In this document: positions 1 to 10,893 of the stretch, piece by piece
Layout of the letters: each line of letters opens with the position of its first letter
How positions within the stretch are numbered: the stretch's first letter is position 1
Source: Porphyridium purpureum
Lineage: Eukaryota
Assembly: GCA_008690995.1 (NCBI GenBank)
Contig: VRMN01000002.1
Span: 992,001 to 1,056,000, forward strand
DNA length: 64,000 nucleotides
Direction of reading: 5' to 3'
Position numbers and translations under genes: made by a program
Notes under the pieces: generated by a model
Seen by the model: the letters and a program-made list of their open reading frames with translations, nothing else
What the model was told of the DNA's origin: nothing
Databases searched by the model: none

Positions 1-40
1 GTGGGTGCGTCTGGCTCGTTGACCAGTGGTGGCAACACAC

Positions 41-997
41 ATGGCTTCAATGCGTATCAGTGCACTGCGCAGATGCATGCGCGCGCCTTCGTCGGCGCAT
101 ATCACGGTGGGTGCGTCGGGGGCATGGAGGCAGGAAGTCCTTCGGCGTAGCGGGTCCCTGTGGTCACCGAGCAGGTGGACATCCTCCACAGCCAATATGG
201 GCGGTGGCGTTGAGGCAAAAGGACAGTCAAAGACGGCACCACAAGACGTCCGCGAGAGCCATGCGCCGAATCAGGATGTGGGGCGCACATCATCGCAGCC
301 GCATGCAGAGACGCTGTGGCAAAGGGTGTTCAAGGACACCGAGAAAGTGGACGGCCGGCAAAATTGGATTTTGAAGATGCTCGGTTGGTATGCACCGGAA
401 GGGCGGGTGCGAGGAGCGTCGCGAGAAATCTTCCAGGATGCGATTACGGTATCAGAGAGCGACGGGTTTCTCAACATGCTCGGCATACGTGAAGCCGTTA
501 AACCATCTTTCAATGTTCGCTTTGAATTCTTGGGTCTGCACTTGTGGATGGCATTTATCCCGCTGCGCAAGCTGGACAACATGGGCATGCTCGTTCAGCA
601 GACTCTTTCAGATTTGTTCATGACGGAGCTTCAGAAGCGAATGTCCTATGAGGAGGGCATCGGCGCGCTCAGCCTGAGCAAGTGGGGCCGGGAGTGTGAG
701 CAGATTTTTTTCGCGACAATGATCGCTTTGGACAAGGTTGTCTACGACTCGAGTGGGCGATGTGACCTGAGCCGCGAGGCTGTGTGTTCCGCCACCGAGG
801 AAGTGCTTTTGAAAAACCTGGCCAGTCTGGAGAACGATCCTCACCGTGCCCGTCTGCTTGTGCAGTATCTCGCGAAAACGATCCATGGAATGCGTGGTCT
901 GACACTCCAGGATTTGTACCAGGATGCCCACATTTTCAGCGTCGATTCCTTGCGGCGAGCAGAGATTCGTCGCGTCGCATTCCCGCGGCCAGAGTGA
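41..997 (+). CDS. Ubiquinol-cytochrome c reductase chaperone (CBP3/UQCC1 family), mitochondrial
   Basis: ORF from first ATG at 41; R/S-rich presequence; family-like segment 'SFNVRFEFLGLHLWMAFIPLR...QQTLSDLFMTEL...FFATMIALD'. Confidence 0.8.
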   Translation: MASMRISALRRCMRAPSSAHITVGASGAWRQEVLRRSGSLWSPSRWTSSTANMGGGVEAKGQSKTAPQDVRESHAPNQDVGRTSSQPHAETLWQRVFKDTEKVDGRQNWILKMLGWYAPEGRVRGASREIFQDAITVSESDGFLNMLGIREAVKPSFNVRFEFLGLHLWMAFIPLRKLDNMGMLVQQTLSDLFMTELQKRMSYEEGIGALSLSKWGRECEQIFFATMIALDKVVYDSSGRCDLSREAVCSATEEVLLKNLASLENDPHRARLLVQYLAKTIHGMRGLTLQDLYQDAHIFSVDSLRRAEIRRVAFPRPE

Positions 998-1039
998 ACC
1001 AGTCTATGTTGTGCCGATTTAACCAGTCAGATAATAAAT

Positions 1040-1468
1040 ATGGATTCAGACAGCACGCCGCCGTGCGCGCCTTCGTGGGGAGAGTATAGCCTGCAGCACG
1101 TTCGCGAGAGCGCCGAGGCCTTTAGCGCCGAGCGCGAGTGGGAACAATTCCACACCCCGCGCAACTTGCTGCTTGCGCTTGTAGGAGAAGTGGGCGAACT
1201 CGCAGAACTGTTTCAATGGAAGGGAGACGCTGGCTGCGGCCCCGGATTGCCGGGCTGGAGCGACGCTGAGCGCGAGCATCTGGGTGAGGAAATGAGTGAC
1301 GTCCTCATTTACCTCATCCGGCTCGCGGACCGGTGCGGTGTGTCACTGGCAGAGGCTGTGAGGCTCAAGTTTGAGAAAAACGCTCTAAAGTATCCTGCGG
1401 AGCATGCGCGTGGCTCGGCTGCCAAGTACACGCAGCTCGCGGTGTCGGAACCGAAGACCAACTCGTGA
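1040..1468 (+). CDS. DCTPP1: dCTP pyrophosphatase 1 (MazG-like NTP pyrophosphatase)
   Basis: 'F..EREWEQFHTPRNLLLALVGEVGELAELFQW', 'HLGEEMSDVLIYLIRLAD', 'KNALKYP'. Confidence 0.93.
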   Translation: MDSDSTPPCAPSWGEYSLQHVRESAEAFSAEREWEQFHTPRNLLLALVGEVGELAELFQWKGDAGCGPGLPGWSDAEREHLGEEMSDVLIYLIRLADRCGVSLAEAVRLKFEKNALKYPAEHARGSAAKYTQLAVSEPKTNS

Positions 1469-1641
1469 TCCCTTCGAATGGGGCAAAAGACGGTTCGCTG
1501 CCTTGATCAGATCAGGAACGCCGCGCGGAGTTCGAGGTCCAGCACACCGTCTGATAAAAGTGGAGCACATGGGCGGGTTACCAGCCAGGCTATTTTGCCG
1601 CATCATTGAATAAAACACAACTGCCGTTTATCAGGCCTACG

Positions 1642-4242
1642 TCAGGGAATAAGGTTGTCGGCCTTTTCATCCTCTACTTCAAACGCCTTAAACTCAACAT
1701 CTGCATCCATTCCCGCCTCATGTCCTTGCCCGTTTGCACTGGCATCTCGGTTCTCTGGGACATCCAACTGCACCACAGCAGCTTCGGCCTCAGCATCAGT
1801 CTCGATCTCACCAGATAGAGTCAAGCTCTGTATCGCGCTCAATTTCGTGTCAAGCATGCTTTGTCCAAGCTCCTCCGACGTGATCAGACTTAGTATGTTC
1901 ATCGTGTACACAACGTGGTAGTAGTTGCTGCGTGCACGGTAGCTATTGAAAACACCAGCGTAAAGGAGCAGCGCACCACCCCAAAAGAAAGCAACGATAT
2001 CGAATGTGCTCAGAGAACCACAGAACGTCGCCACATCAGACCCACAAACCTGATCTGCCTGCCTGCCAGAAAATAGACCCAGGTTCAGACAGATCCCGCT
2101 GAGTATGCTGGAGAGACCGTTGCAGGCACCGAGAAAGACCTGTGCACTGCCAAGCCCAAACAGCGCAAGCAAGTATGCAGCCAAGAACATGTACAAGCCA
2201 AGAATACTCGTCCATACCCATGAAGCCGACATCCAAAGCACCGTCTTGCTCCATTTGCGGGGTTTCTCCATCCAGTACTTTTGCAACGATGCTATGTTTT
2301 CACCCGAGCCCTGAGCCCTAACCACGGTAAAGAATATAATGGCTTGCAAAATCCACCCGATGAAGCTGAATGTAAGCCCAATACTCGAAACCGCCAACAT
2401 GGCTTTGGCCACCGCATCCCAATTCAGAATCGAAAAATACTGCTTCAGAAAGTCCATGTACGAAGCCAGCTGGGTCACAAAAAGCGAGAAGCCAACGATG
2501 CAAGTAATGACCCAAAGTAACTCGTAGAACAACTTCATCATCAGCATCAATCGGGACTGCGTTTTGCGGCTCTCCGGAAAGAACGGTACGAACCGAACCA
2601 AGGAATACTTTCGCAAGGCAGGTATCAGGTCAAACGCAGTGGCCAGCCATGGAACACCCAGGGCAACGAATTCCAAGAGCGATAATAAGAACGCAATGAC
2701 CACAAAGATTACGACGTTCCTGAGCAGCGCAACCGAATTCCTACTCCAGACTGTGTACCCAGGAAAGTACCGACTGGATGTGGCCAGCGGGCATAGATCG
2801 TTCTGAATGGTTGACATATTCCATCGCGACGAGTTGAACGCCTGAAGCGTCTCATAGAGAGGTGGCGCGCTCGCTTCCGTGTAGTTGTGCCAGAATATAC
2901 GCCCGTATGGTCCAGGTGGCGCATTGCCCTGTGTTTCGCTCCGAACAAGAACCGAGGTCGGCAGTGGGCCTAGGTTGGGTGACGACGATGCGTTGAAACC
3001 ATAAAAATTCTGCACGAGATTGAAAAATGGCTGGTCCGTCGGGCAGTCCACAATCGTAAGGGCCGTCTCATTGTCCATGCAATAAATCAAATCCAGACCG
3101 CGCGCCGTACTGTTACTGAGCCCAAACCGTCCCGCAAACCCTAGCCATTCAAGCTCTGGGTCCAGCACAGGATCAATCTCCGTAAAGTTCTTCAGAAAGA
3201 CGTGGTTGTCTGCGCGTGGCACAAACCGTTTGTTTCGGCTCGGCACCACGCCCGCTGAAGTTCGGTCTGTCAGCAACACTCCCGCGAAGTTCTCCACGAA
3301 TGGAATCGGAATCGCCGCATACACCATGTTGGTCGCAGCAAGGTCGTACGACGCGTGCGAGTACAGCGCCGAAAAGCTGTACGGATGCCACGGGTCCGCT
3401 AGTCCGTCTGTACCCAGCTGCACAAAGTTGCACTCGCCGTTCGAGCAATTGCGATTTGTCGCCGCGTGGCCGTGCTGCCAGTACCTCAGCGACAGCGGCC
3501 GTACTTGCGCGTCGCGGTTCTTGCAGACCATCACAGTCACCGTCTCGAGATCGCCATCGTGGACGCCAAGATTGCACACCGTAAACAGCGTGTTCAGCGA
3601 CGCCACGCTCTGGCCAAACTCCGGGACCTGAAACGACTGCGCCCACTGGTTCGAGCAGTTCTGGAAAGGATACCAGTACCAAAAATCCAGCACCCAGATG
3701 TCCTGGCTATACTCGTACGCCGAGAAATACACCTTGGCCTCCGATCGGTTCTGCGCGTCAAACGAGCCGCCGACCTTCCAGTCTTCCGTGCCAATGTCCA
3801 GGTTGGCCACCCAGTAGTAGTTGTTGGCGTTCACCGTGTAGTTCACGTCGCGCCCCGAGGTGAATAGCAAGGGGGTCGTCACCGGTCCGAGATCTGCGAA
3901 AAAGCCATCACCGGCCCGCTGCAGCGTGAGCCTCTCGCCCCACTCCTCAAGCCAGCGCTGTCCGTCATCAATGAACGACACCTCGAGCGGGTGGAAATGC
4001 AGCAGCGGCGAGTATCGCCACGCGATTTCGCGCGCGTCCGCAATGGTGGCGGTCGGGTCGAATCCTTCGATCCCTTCACAAGCCGAGGCGTCCGGCACAA
4101 ACTGCGGGTCTGCGTCCGCGACGCGGCAATACTCATTCTGCGTGCCCTCGGCGACGCCGTAGCCGACGGCAAAGACGCCAAACGCTCCCACCACAGCCAA
4201 CACGAGATGTCCAAGCAGCGCGCCGCGCCGCCTGGTTGGCAT
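1642..4242 (-). CDS. 866-aa membrane protein: signal peptide, Vps62-like ectodomain, TM, and proteolipid (PLP/M6)-like 4-TM domain
   Basis: Hydrophobic N-terminus; Vps62-like motifs 'YSPLLHFHPLE', 'FWYWYPFQ', 'HDGDLETVTV', 'SHASY', 'WLGFAGRFG'; many N-x-S/T sequons; five C-terminal hydrophobic segments. Confidence 0.75.
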   Translation of the reverse strand: MPTRRRGALLGHLVLAVVGAFGVFAVGYGVAEGTQNEYCRVADADPQFVPDASACEGIEGFDPTATIADAREIAWRYSPLLHFHPLEVSFIDDGQRWLEEWGERLTLQRAGDGFFADLGPVTTPLLFTSGRDVNYTVNANNYYWVANLDIGTEDWKVGGSFDAQNRSEAKVYFSAYEYSQDIWVLDFWYWYPFQNCSNQWAQSFQVPEFGQSVASLNTLFTVCNLGVHDGDLETVTVMVCKNRDAQVRPLSLRYWQHGHAATNRNCSNGECNFVQLGTDGLADPWHPYSFSALYSHASYDLAATNMVYAAIPIPFVENFAGVLLTDRTSAGVVPSRNKRFVPRADNHVFLKNFTEIDPVLDPELEWLGFAGRFGLSNSTARGLDLIYCMDNETALTIVDCPTDQPFFNLVQNFYGFNASSSPNLGPLPTSVLVRSETQGNAPPGPYGRIFWHNYTEASAPPLYETLQAFNSSRWNMSTIQNDLCPLATSSRYFPGYTVWSRNSVALLRNVVIFVVIAFLLSLLEFVALGVPWLATAFDLIPALRKYSLVRFVPFFPESRKTQSRLMLMMKLFYELLWVITCIVGFSLFVTQLASYMDFLKQYFSILNWDAVAKAMLAVSSIGLTFSFIGWILQAIIFFTVVRAQGSGENIASLQKYWMEKPRKWSKTVLWMSASWVWTSILGLYMFLAAYLLALFGLGSAQVFLGACNGLSSILSGICLNLGLFSGRQADQVCGSDVATFCGSLSTFDIVAFFWGGALLLYAGVFNSYRARSNYYHVVYTMNILSLITSEELGQSMLDTKLSAIQSLTLSGEIETDAEAEAAVVQLDVPENRDASANGQGHEAGMDADVEFKAFEVEDEKADNLIP

Positions 4243-4763
4243 TTTTCTCGGTCCACTTTCCTTTCTACTTGGAGCACACGGTGCGCAATGGCCTTGCGCC
4301 GCGGCCAGGTCACGCTACTGCAGCTTTCAACCAAAAGGCATACCAGCCGCCCGGAGAAGGTCCTGACGCCACTTTCAATTCCTCTCGTTGCATCGGGGCG
4401 ACTCAACGTCCAGCTTTTCGTTTGAAAATGTCGAACGCATAAGCAAACATGCTTATTTTGACATGAAAGGTGATTCACCGACAGTGTCACATCACGGGGG
4501 CGTGCTCCTGCTTACGCTGTCGGGTGGGCCGACGCTCGGACACGCGGGACGCGGCGTGAACGTGTCGCGGGCTATGACGGCGTATGCACGTGCCGACCCT
4601 GCATCGACGCTTCGCGGCGTCATGGACGAGCGCGGCACGTGCGTAGTGATAACGAGCGACGGAAGTTGAAGACTGAAACCACTCGAACGGTTGTAGGTCA
4701 CGTGGCACAAACGGCGCTCGTGCCGCAATGCGGCGCAACGAGCGCGTGCGCGCCGCTTGCGCA

Positions 4764-4880
4764 TCAACCGGTTCATCCGGTTCATCCGGTTCAACCGGTT
4801 CAACCGGTTCATCCGGTTCATCCGGTTCATCCGGTTCATCCGGTTCATCCGGTTCATCCGGTTCATCCGGTTCATCCGGT
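4764..4880. repeat. 9-bp tandem repeat TCA(T/A)CCGGT x13
   Basis: 13 contiguous units counted (117 bp); 3 units are TCAACCGGT; intergenic between divergent genes. Confidence 0.97.
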
Positions 4881-5248
4881 TCATGGTCAGCATCGTCGTA
4901 GTACAGTCATACATGCCAGAGTGTACACCTCTATATCCACGCCGCGTGTTCAGCGAGCGGCGCGAGTTCAGTTCTGGCAAATCGGTTTCTGGTTTGTGCG
5001 AAAGCGAGCGGGTGGAGTAGGAGCAGTCGTTCGGGGGGTGTTCTGTGTTTTCTTAGTAAATCACACCTGATTTAGTAGACGCGTGGCGTGGTTTGTTTTG
5101 GTCTGGGCCGGAGGCGGAGAGAAAACAAAGAAGGCGTGGCGGTGACAGGGCGGCCAGTCAGGAGGCGGCGAGTGCTTGCGGCTCGAGGGTGATTGTGTGT
5201 GAGAGAGAGAGGCGGGAAGAGGGAAAAGGAAGGGTGAAGCGAGGCAGG

Positions 5249-7144
5249 ATGACTGGTTCAGGGGCGTTTGTGCATTCCGCAGTATATGCAGTGGGTGGGG
5301 TGCATGATTTGGGCTACTCGGGGAGATGTCGCGCGCGCAGAAGCCGCGCGGCGGTCGCGGCGCGCGCGCTGCGAATGACCGCCTCGCCGCCGGCAAAGGT
5401 GAGCACGGGGAATGGAGCGGCCGTCGAGCAGGTCGCCAAGAGCGCGGCGCAGATTCATGTGCTCAAGGGGCCCCTGGACGTGCAAATCAGGCCCACCAAG
5501 CATGATCTTGCGACAAAGCGGGACCCGCAGCGCGTGCGCGTGTTCGACACGACGTTGCGCGACGGCGAGCAGTCGCCAGGCGCGACCTTGAACATGGAGG
5601 AAAAGCTCCTGATTGCAAAGCAGCTCGCAAAGTTGGGCGTCGACGTCATCGAGGCAGGCTTCCCAGTCGCTAGTGAGGGCGACTTTCTCGCCGTCAAGGC
5701 GATCGCAGAAAGCGTGGGCAACTTGGACGACCCGCCAATTATCTGCGGACTGGCCCGCGCTGTCAAGAATGACATCTCACGCTGCTACGAAGCGGTCAAG
5801 CATGCGGCGTTCCCACGTATTCACACGTTCATCGCCACGTCGGACATTCACATGGAGCACAAACTGAAGAAAACCCGGGAAGAGGTGCTGGCAATGACAT
5901 CCGAAATGGTGTCCTTTGCGCGGTCGCTTTGCGATGACGTTGAGTTTTCGGCCGAGGACGCCACGCGCTCAGACCCGGAATTTTTGTACGAGGTGTACTC
6001 TCGCGCCGTGGAGGCCGGCGCTACCACGCTCAACATCCCGGACACGGTCGGCTTTATCACGCCGTCTGAAATGGGCAATTTGATTCGTGGTCTGCGCAAC
6101 AACGTGCGTGGTATTGAAAACGTCATTATTTCGGTGCATGGTCACGATGACTTGGGCATGGCTGTGTCAAACTTCTTGACCGCGATTGAAAATGGATGCC
6201 GCCAAGTGGAATGCACCATCAATGGCATTGGTGAGCGCGCTGGCAATGCTGCGCTTGAAGAGCTGGTCATGGCGATGTACGTGCGAAGAGCATACTACAA
6301 CGGTTTGCTGAATCGCCCAGCCGACAAGTTGATGACCAACATTAACCACGCGGAAATCTACCAGACGTCTCGAATGGTGTCAAATTTGACCGGAATGCTT
6401 GTGCAGCCCAACAAGGCCATTGTGGGTGCCAATGCGTTTGCACACGAGAGTGGAATCCACCAGGACGGCATCCTGAAGAACCGCCTCACTTACGAAATCA
6501 TGGATGCGAAATCGATTGGGCTGAATAAGAACCAGCTTGTGCTCGGCAAGCACTCCGGGCGGCACGCGTTTCGCAGCCGCTTGTTGGAGCTCGGTTACGA
6601 GCTTGCAGAGGATGAGCTCAATCGTGCGTTCATCACGTTCAAGGCGCTGGCGGATAAGAAGAAGGATATCTCGGACCTGGACCTTGAGAGCATTGTGGGT
6701 GATGAGGTGAAGAACATTGGCATGGACTTGGTGAAACTCACAATGGTACAGGTGGTGACGGGTACAAATAACGTACCGTGCGCGACCATCAAGCTGCACG
6801 TGACAGATGAGGAGAAGGAGCGCATTAGCACGTCGATTGGAACAGGTCCCGTTGACGCCGCATACAACGCCGTGGATGATGTGCTCAGTTTGGTTTTCAA
6901 AGTGAACGTTAAGCTTGAGGAGTACATTGTACAGAGCGTGACGGCCGGCATCGACGCTCTGGGCGAAGTGAATGTGCGCGTGCGTGACCTCGAGACGGAG
7001 GTGGTGTATTCGGGTAGCGCCTCGAATACGGACGTAGTTGTCGCAAGCACCCAGGCGTACGTGAACGCACTGAATCGAGTTGTAGGCGCCAAGAGTGGCA
7101 AGCGAATGCACCCGCAAATTGACGGTCCTGAAACGACGGGTTAA
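5249..7144 (+). CDS. leuA: 2-isopropylmalate synthase, plastid-targeted
   Basis: '[14 protein letters not shown]', '[10 protein letters not shown]', '[10 protein letters not shown]', '[12 protein letters not shown]', 'GKHSGRHA' and C-terminal regulatory domain; 'MTGSGAFV' transit peptide from ATG 5249. Confidence 0.97.
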   Translation: MTGSGAFVHSAVYAVGGVHDLGYSGRCRARRSRAAVAARALRMTASPPAKVSTGNGAAVEQVAKSAAQIHVLKGPLDVQIRPTKHDLATKRDPQRVRVFDTTLRDGEQSPGATLNMEEKLLIAKQLAKLGVDVIEAGFPVASEGDFLAVKAIAESVGNLDDPPIICGLARAVKNDISRCYEAVKHAAFPRIHTFIATSDIHMEHKLKKTREEVLAMTSEMVSFARSLCDDVEFSAEDATRSDPEFLYEVYSRAVEAGATTLNIPDTVGFITPSEMGNLIRGLRNNVRGIENVIISVHGHDDLGMAVSNFLTAIENGCRQVECTINGIGERAGNAALEELVMAMYVRRAYYNGLLNRPADKLMTNINHAEIYQTSRMVSNLTGMLVQPNKAIVGANAFAHESGIHQDGILKNRLTYEIMDAKSIGLNKNQLVLGKHSGRHAFRSRLLELGYELAEDELNRAFITFKALADKKKDISDLDLESIVGDEVKNIGMDLVKLTMVQVVTGTNNVPCATIKLHVTDEEKERISTSIGTGPVDAAYNAVDDVLSLVFKVNVKLEEYIVQSVTAGIDALGEVNVRVRDLETEVVYSGSASNTDVVVASTQAYVNALNRVVGAKSGKRMHPQIDGPETTG

Positions 7145-9053
7145 GCTTTGCGGCGGAACGTCAACCATCCAGCATTCACATAGTACTCTAGCGTTGCGTA
7201 GACAATTATTTTCTGAAGATTTAGAACATTGAAAGCATTTCACTTTTTAGACGTTGGACCTTGACTACGTGTGCGTAGAGTTATTCGATATGGCTTTGCT
7301 ACCCTCCGAGCGAACGTCTCTCCTCGCCTTGTCGGTGGCCTGACTTGTTCTGTAGTGCTGCTTGGGACGCTTTGTGCCATGAACAGCGTTTCAGGGAAAC
7401 CTTTCAGATGTTACTGCACGCGCTCATCACCCCGAGCCAGAGATATCGGCAGGCCTCGTACATCTGACGAGCCCATAACGCAGCACCAGTCCTGCTCCGT
7501 ACGGTCCCGGAGTCTCGCAATCTAAGAAATTCGAGCACTCTTTGTGTTCCTCATGGTGGCTGTACAGGCGGCTGGTATGAAATCCAGCGGCTGGATGTTA
7601 GTCGTATCGCGCATGCCCGAACAACGTGTTGAAATCCATGCTTTCTACCAGAGCCTTTTCTTTTTCTCGATTTGCGATGATGTCGCTTTTCCGATTCCCG
7701 TATCGCAAAGACGACTTCTTCCCGCCACCGAACGCCTTCTCGAACACACGCAGCATCTTGGACTCGGTACACTGCACTTCGACATGCGAGATAACCTTGT
7801 CCTCGCGCCTGGCATTCTCCTCATAGAAGACTCGTAAGCGGTCACTCCTCTCGCTTTTCTTTTGCATGTACGTCGCAGGTTGCGAGGTACGTCGTCTCGT
7901 TGTACGCAGTGAGCCTAGCCCAGCCCCCACACTTGACGACGCGCGTACGTGTCCGCTCGTGCGCCCGTCTCTATTCTTTTCATAGGTCTCCTTGAGAGGT
8001 GTGTTCTTCGGAAAGCGACAGATTGTCGTGTCGGCACCTGGAGAATCGACGCAAGACAGCAGGTAGCTCATGCCCTGGCAAGTCGCGAGGAATGCGGCTT
8101 GCTCGGGTGATGAATAATCTCTGGGCACGTCAATGTACTGCTCCCAGGGGTGTTTTTTCTTCTTCTTCTTTCTTTTTACCTCGCGATATCTGGTCTTCTT
8201 CACCAAAGAACTGCATGCGTACCGACAGGATGCTGATATTGCCTCTGCTCGTCTCGACCATGCGGTCAAAAGTGCAGCCGTAAGCGTACGATTTGTCTAG
8301 AAGAAAGCATTTCAGGTGCGTCTTCAAGACGAAATTCCAGATGCGGTTCTTGCGCTGCGCCACCTTGTCTTGGGTCTTGTAGGGAGCATGTACGCCCAAA
8401 TCCTTCGTTCTGCATTGGCATCTGGGCGTCGCCTATGGGCAGGCGGAAAAGATTCAGGATGAGGTCGCAGCCTCGCGGGAAGATTCTGCTCGTTTTCTAG
8501 CCTGACTGCTCTACTGCACGCGTCATGAAAAGCGTCGTACGTGGAATCTCCTGTGGCAAGCTCCGGATGTCAACTTGTACTTTCTTGTTCGGTGAACGAG
8601 CTGGTATTACCTCGTAAGTTGCGCCCCCACACATTCATGATACTAAGGGTTCGCGGAGGGTGCTGCGAGAGAGAAATATAACGCAGTCCAGTTGGACGCC
8701 CCGTCCGCAAACGCTCGCGTGTCTGAATCCCATTCCAAAATCAAATGTCTTTCTACACAAGCCCAAAAACGCGCCGTCCTTCACAAACACAGCACACAAT
8801 CTTCGTTACGCCTCCACAGCTTCACACGAGAACCGACGGTAGCGGCAACTTTGCGGCACGTTCTGATCTGGCGGGCGTTCTGCCCGAAAGATCGTGATGA
8901 AACAGCTCGTACATTCTGCAAAGATCACAATGGACTGGCGCGTTGATCGCAAGCACGTGTGTGGTCCTTTTTCGATCCTTTCCCGCGCTATCAAGTGCAT
9001 GCGCTGTGCGTACCCTTGATGTAGAACTGGCTGACGGAGCCGGGCTTCAAGGC

Positions 9054-10808
9054 ATGGCCGAGCCGCCGAAGGGTGAGAGCCGCACGCAAAGGGCCCTCAG
9101 AGCACAACACCAGCAGATTTATAACCGACTGCGCTCGATTCGTGACGACGCTTTACAAGTTGAGCGTGTTGTGCGTCAACTTGAGGCGCTGTTGGACGAA
9201 AACAGCGAAAACCCAAACAGCCAATATTTGGCCGTGTTTGGGAACCGCCGGTGCGGCGAATGGTATGTTGGCTTGCGGAATGAAAGGCCATTCGCTGAGC
9301 GAAAATCTGACTGGGTTCACTTCAAATCCGCAGACGGCCATCACGCCTTTCAAGGCGAATTTTCGTTGCAGCGTGTCAACGCGCAGCTGATCGCGTGCCT
9401 GTCGCGAAGAAAGGCCGCCGTGGTGGTTGACGCGACTCGCCGCGGGAAGAGATTTCCGGATGCACTGTCGCGCACACTTCCGGCTTGGGCCGCCGTTGTA
9501 AATCGGGTCTATTTGCTGCTCGACGGGGCATCCAACTGGACGACTGCACAAGCACAAGCCGCCACACAGCTTTTTGTACCAGAAGCGTGTGTTTCGCGCT
9601 CGGAAGCGGATCAGATTGCGTCACATGTGCTAGCGTGGGCACACGCGTGGGTGAACACAGCGGGCGAGCAATTTATGCGCGAATTTATCAGTTGCTTCCC
9701 ACTGGACAAGCCACTGCGAGTGATTTGCGTGGACACACAGGATGACGTATCAACACTGCCGCTTAAGAGCGCAACATCGCAAGGGGACATTGGCATGGCT
9801 TTTCTGCCGTGCTTTGCTCTTTCCGCTTCACGGATTGCGAACGAGCGCGACCTAATTCACGTGCCATTCAGTGAATGCCTGTGTGAGGACACAACCGTAC
9901 CAAATACGTCTGTGCGGGCATTGTCCTTATCGTCGCAGTCATCCTCATCGTCCTCGTCAAGCAAAAGTGCCGAAGCAGCTACTTGGGCTTCGTCACCGGC
10001 AAGTTTCGGAACCACGGCGACTGAAGACGGTTCTGGCTCCTGGATCGAGTTTGATAGAGACACAAGCACTAGCGCCGAAACTGCGCACGAAGCATGTGCT
10101 TGTGGAAGCCGCTTCAGCTACGAGTATGTGCAAGGCGCCGCCGATGATGAGCAGGCTTGGAATCTGGGGCTAACCTCTGCTCTCTTTTGGAAGAAGCACC
10201 CAGAGACTCTGCGCTCGCCAAACCAATGTGAGTCTGTGATCACCTCAATTGTTGAGCAAGCGTTCGAGCGGACGAATATCGAAAGTTTTTACTACTCGAG
10301 TGAGGCGCGAGTTTGGGCACCGCTCTTGCCCAGTAACCTCACCATAGCATCGTATGCTGGTATGCTTTGCGCGTCCCCGGCAGAGCTTGCACAATATGAT
10401 CGAGTCGTCGTATTGTATTACGAGGAACCGACGGGACTTCTCCGTCTGATCAATGGTGGCAAGCTTAGTAGCTTGGACAGAAGTAAGTGCAGCTTTGTGC
10501 ACATTTGCGACAAGCGAAGACGTCCAAACTACCGCTCTGGCTTGTACCATAAGCTTACCGAGTTGATGGATGATCTGTCTAGTCATTCAGACGCTCTTCT
10601 CGTATCATACGGTGGCGCAGATCTTGCTGTCGGTCTTGCACTTGTATATTTGGGAGCATGCAGACGCACCCATGAAGACCCGTCCAAGTGGGGGCTTCGC
10701 GCCATCCTTCTACGCCTGTTGCTGCAACATCCAGAACTGGGCGTATCCCGCAGCATTCTCAAGCAAGTGAATCGATTTTGCATTGAAGACGTTCCTGGCG
10801 AAGGATGA
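9054..10808 (+). CDS. RIT1: Initiator tRNA A64-2'-O-ribosylphosphate transferase (Rit1)
   Basis: 'IYNRLRSI', 'NRRCGEWY', 'FKSADGH', 'VDATRRGKRFPDALSRTLPAW', 'YVQGAADDE'; first ATG at 9054. Confidence 0.92.
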   Translation: MAEPPKGESRTQRALRAQHQQIYNRLRSIRDDALQVERVVRQLEALLDENSENPNSQYLAVFGNRRCGEWYVGLRNERPFAERKSDWVHFKSADGHHAFQGEFSLQRVNAQLIACLSRRKAAVVVDATRRGKRFPDALSRTLPAWAAVVNRVYLLLDGASNWTTAQAQAATQLFVPEACVSRSEADQIASHVLAWAHAWVNTAGEQFMREFISCFPLDKPLRVICVDTQDDVSTLPLKSATSQGDIGMAFLPCFALSASRIANERDLIHVPFSECLCEDTTVPNTSVRALSLSSQSSSSSSSSKSAEAATWASSPASFGTTATEDGSGSWIEFDRDTSTSAETAHEACACGSRFSYEYVQGAADDEQAWNLGLTSALFWKKHPETLRSPNQCESVITSIVEQAFERTNIESFYYSSEARVWAPLLPSNLTIASYAGMLCASPAELAQYDRVVVLYYEEPTGLLRLINGGKLSSLDRSKCSFVHICDKRRRPNYRSGLYHKLTELMDDLSSHSDALLVSYGGADLAVGLALVYLGACRRTHEDPSKWGLRAILLRLLLQHPELGVSRSILKQVNRFCIEDVPGEG

Positions 10809-10893
10809 AAGTTTTTTCCCTTTACTTTCTGGTCCTGAATGTGTAAGAACTGATATACAATGTGTTAGATCCTCAGGACAAATGAAACTTTCA

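Noticed and set aside
4764..4880. Repeat unit contains TCCGG, same as the Copia TSD
   Set aside because: A 5-mer coincidence in GC-rich DNA
4492..5070. ORFs with (MNR)n, (PVH)n and (RFI)n repeats
   Set aside because: By-products of the stop-free 9-bp tandem repeat
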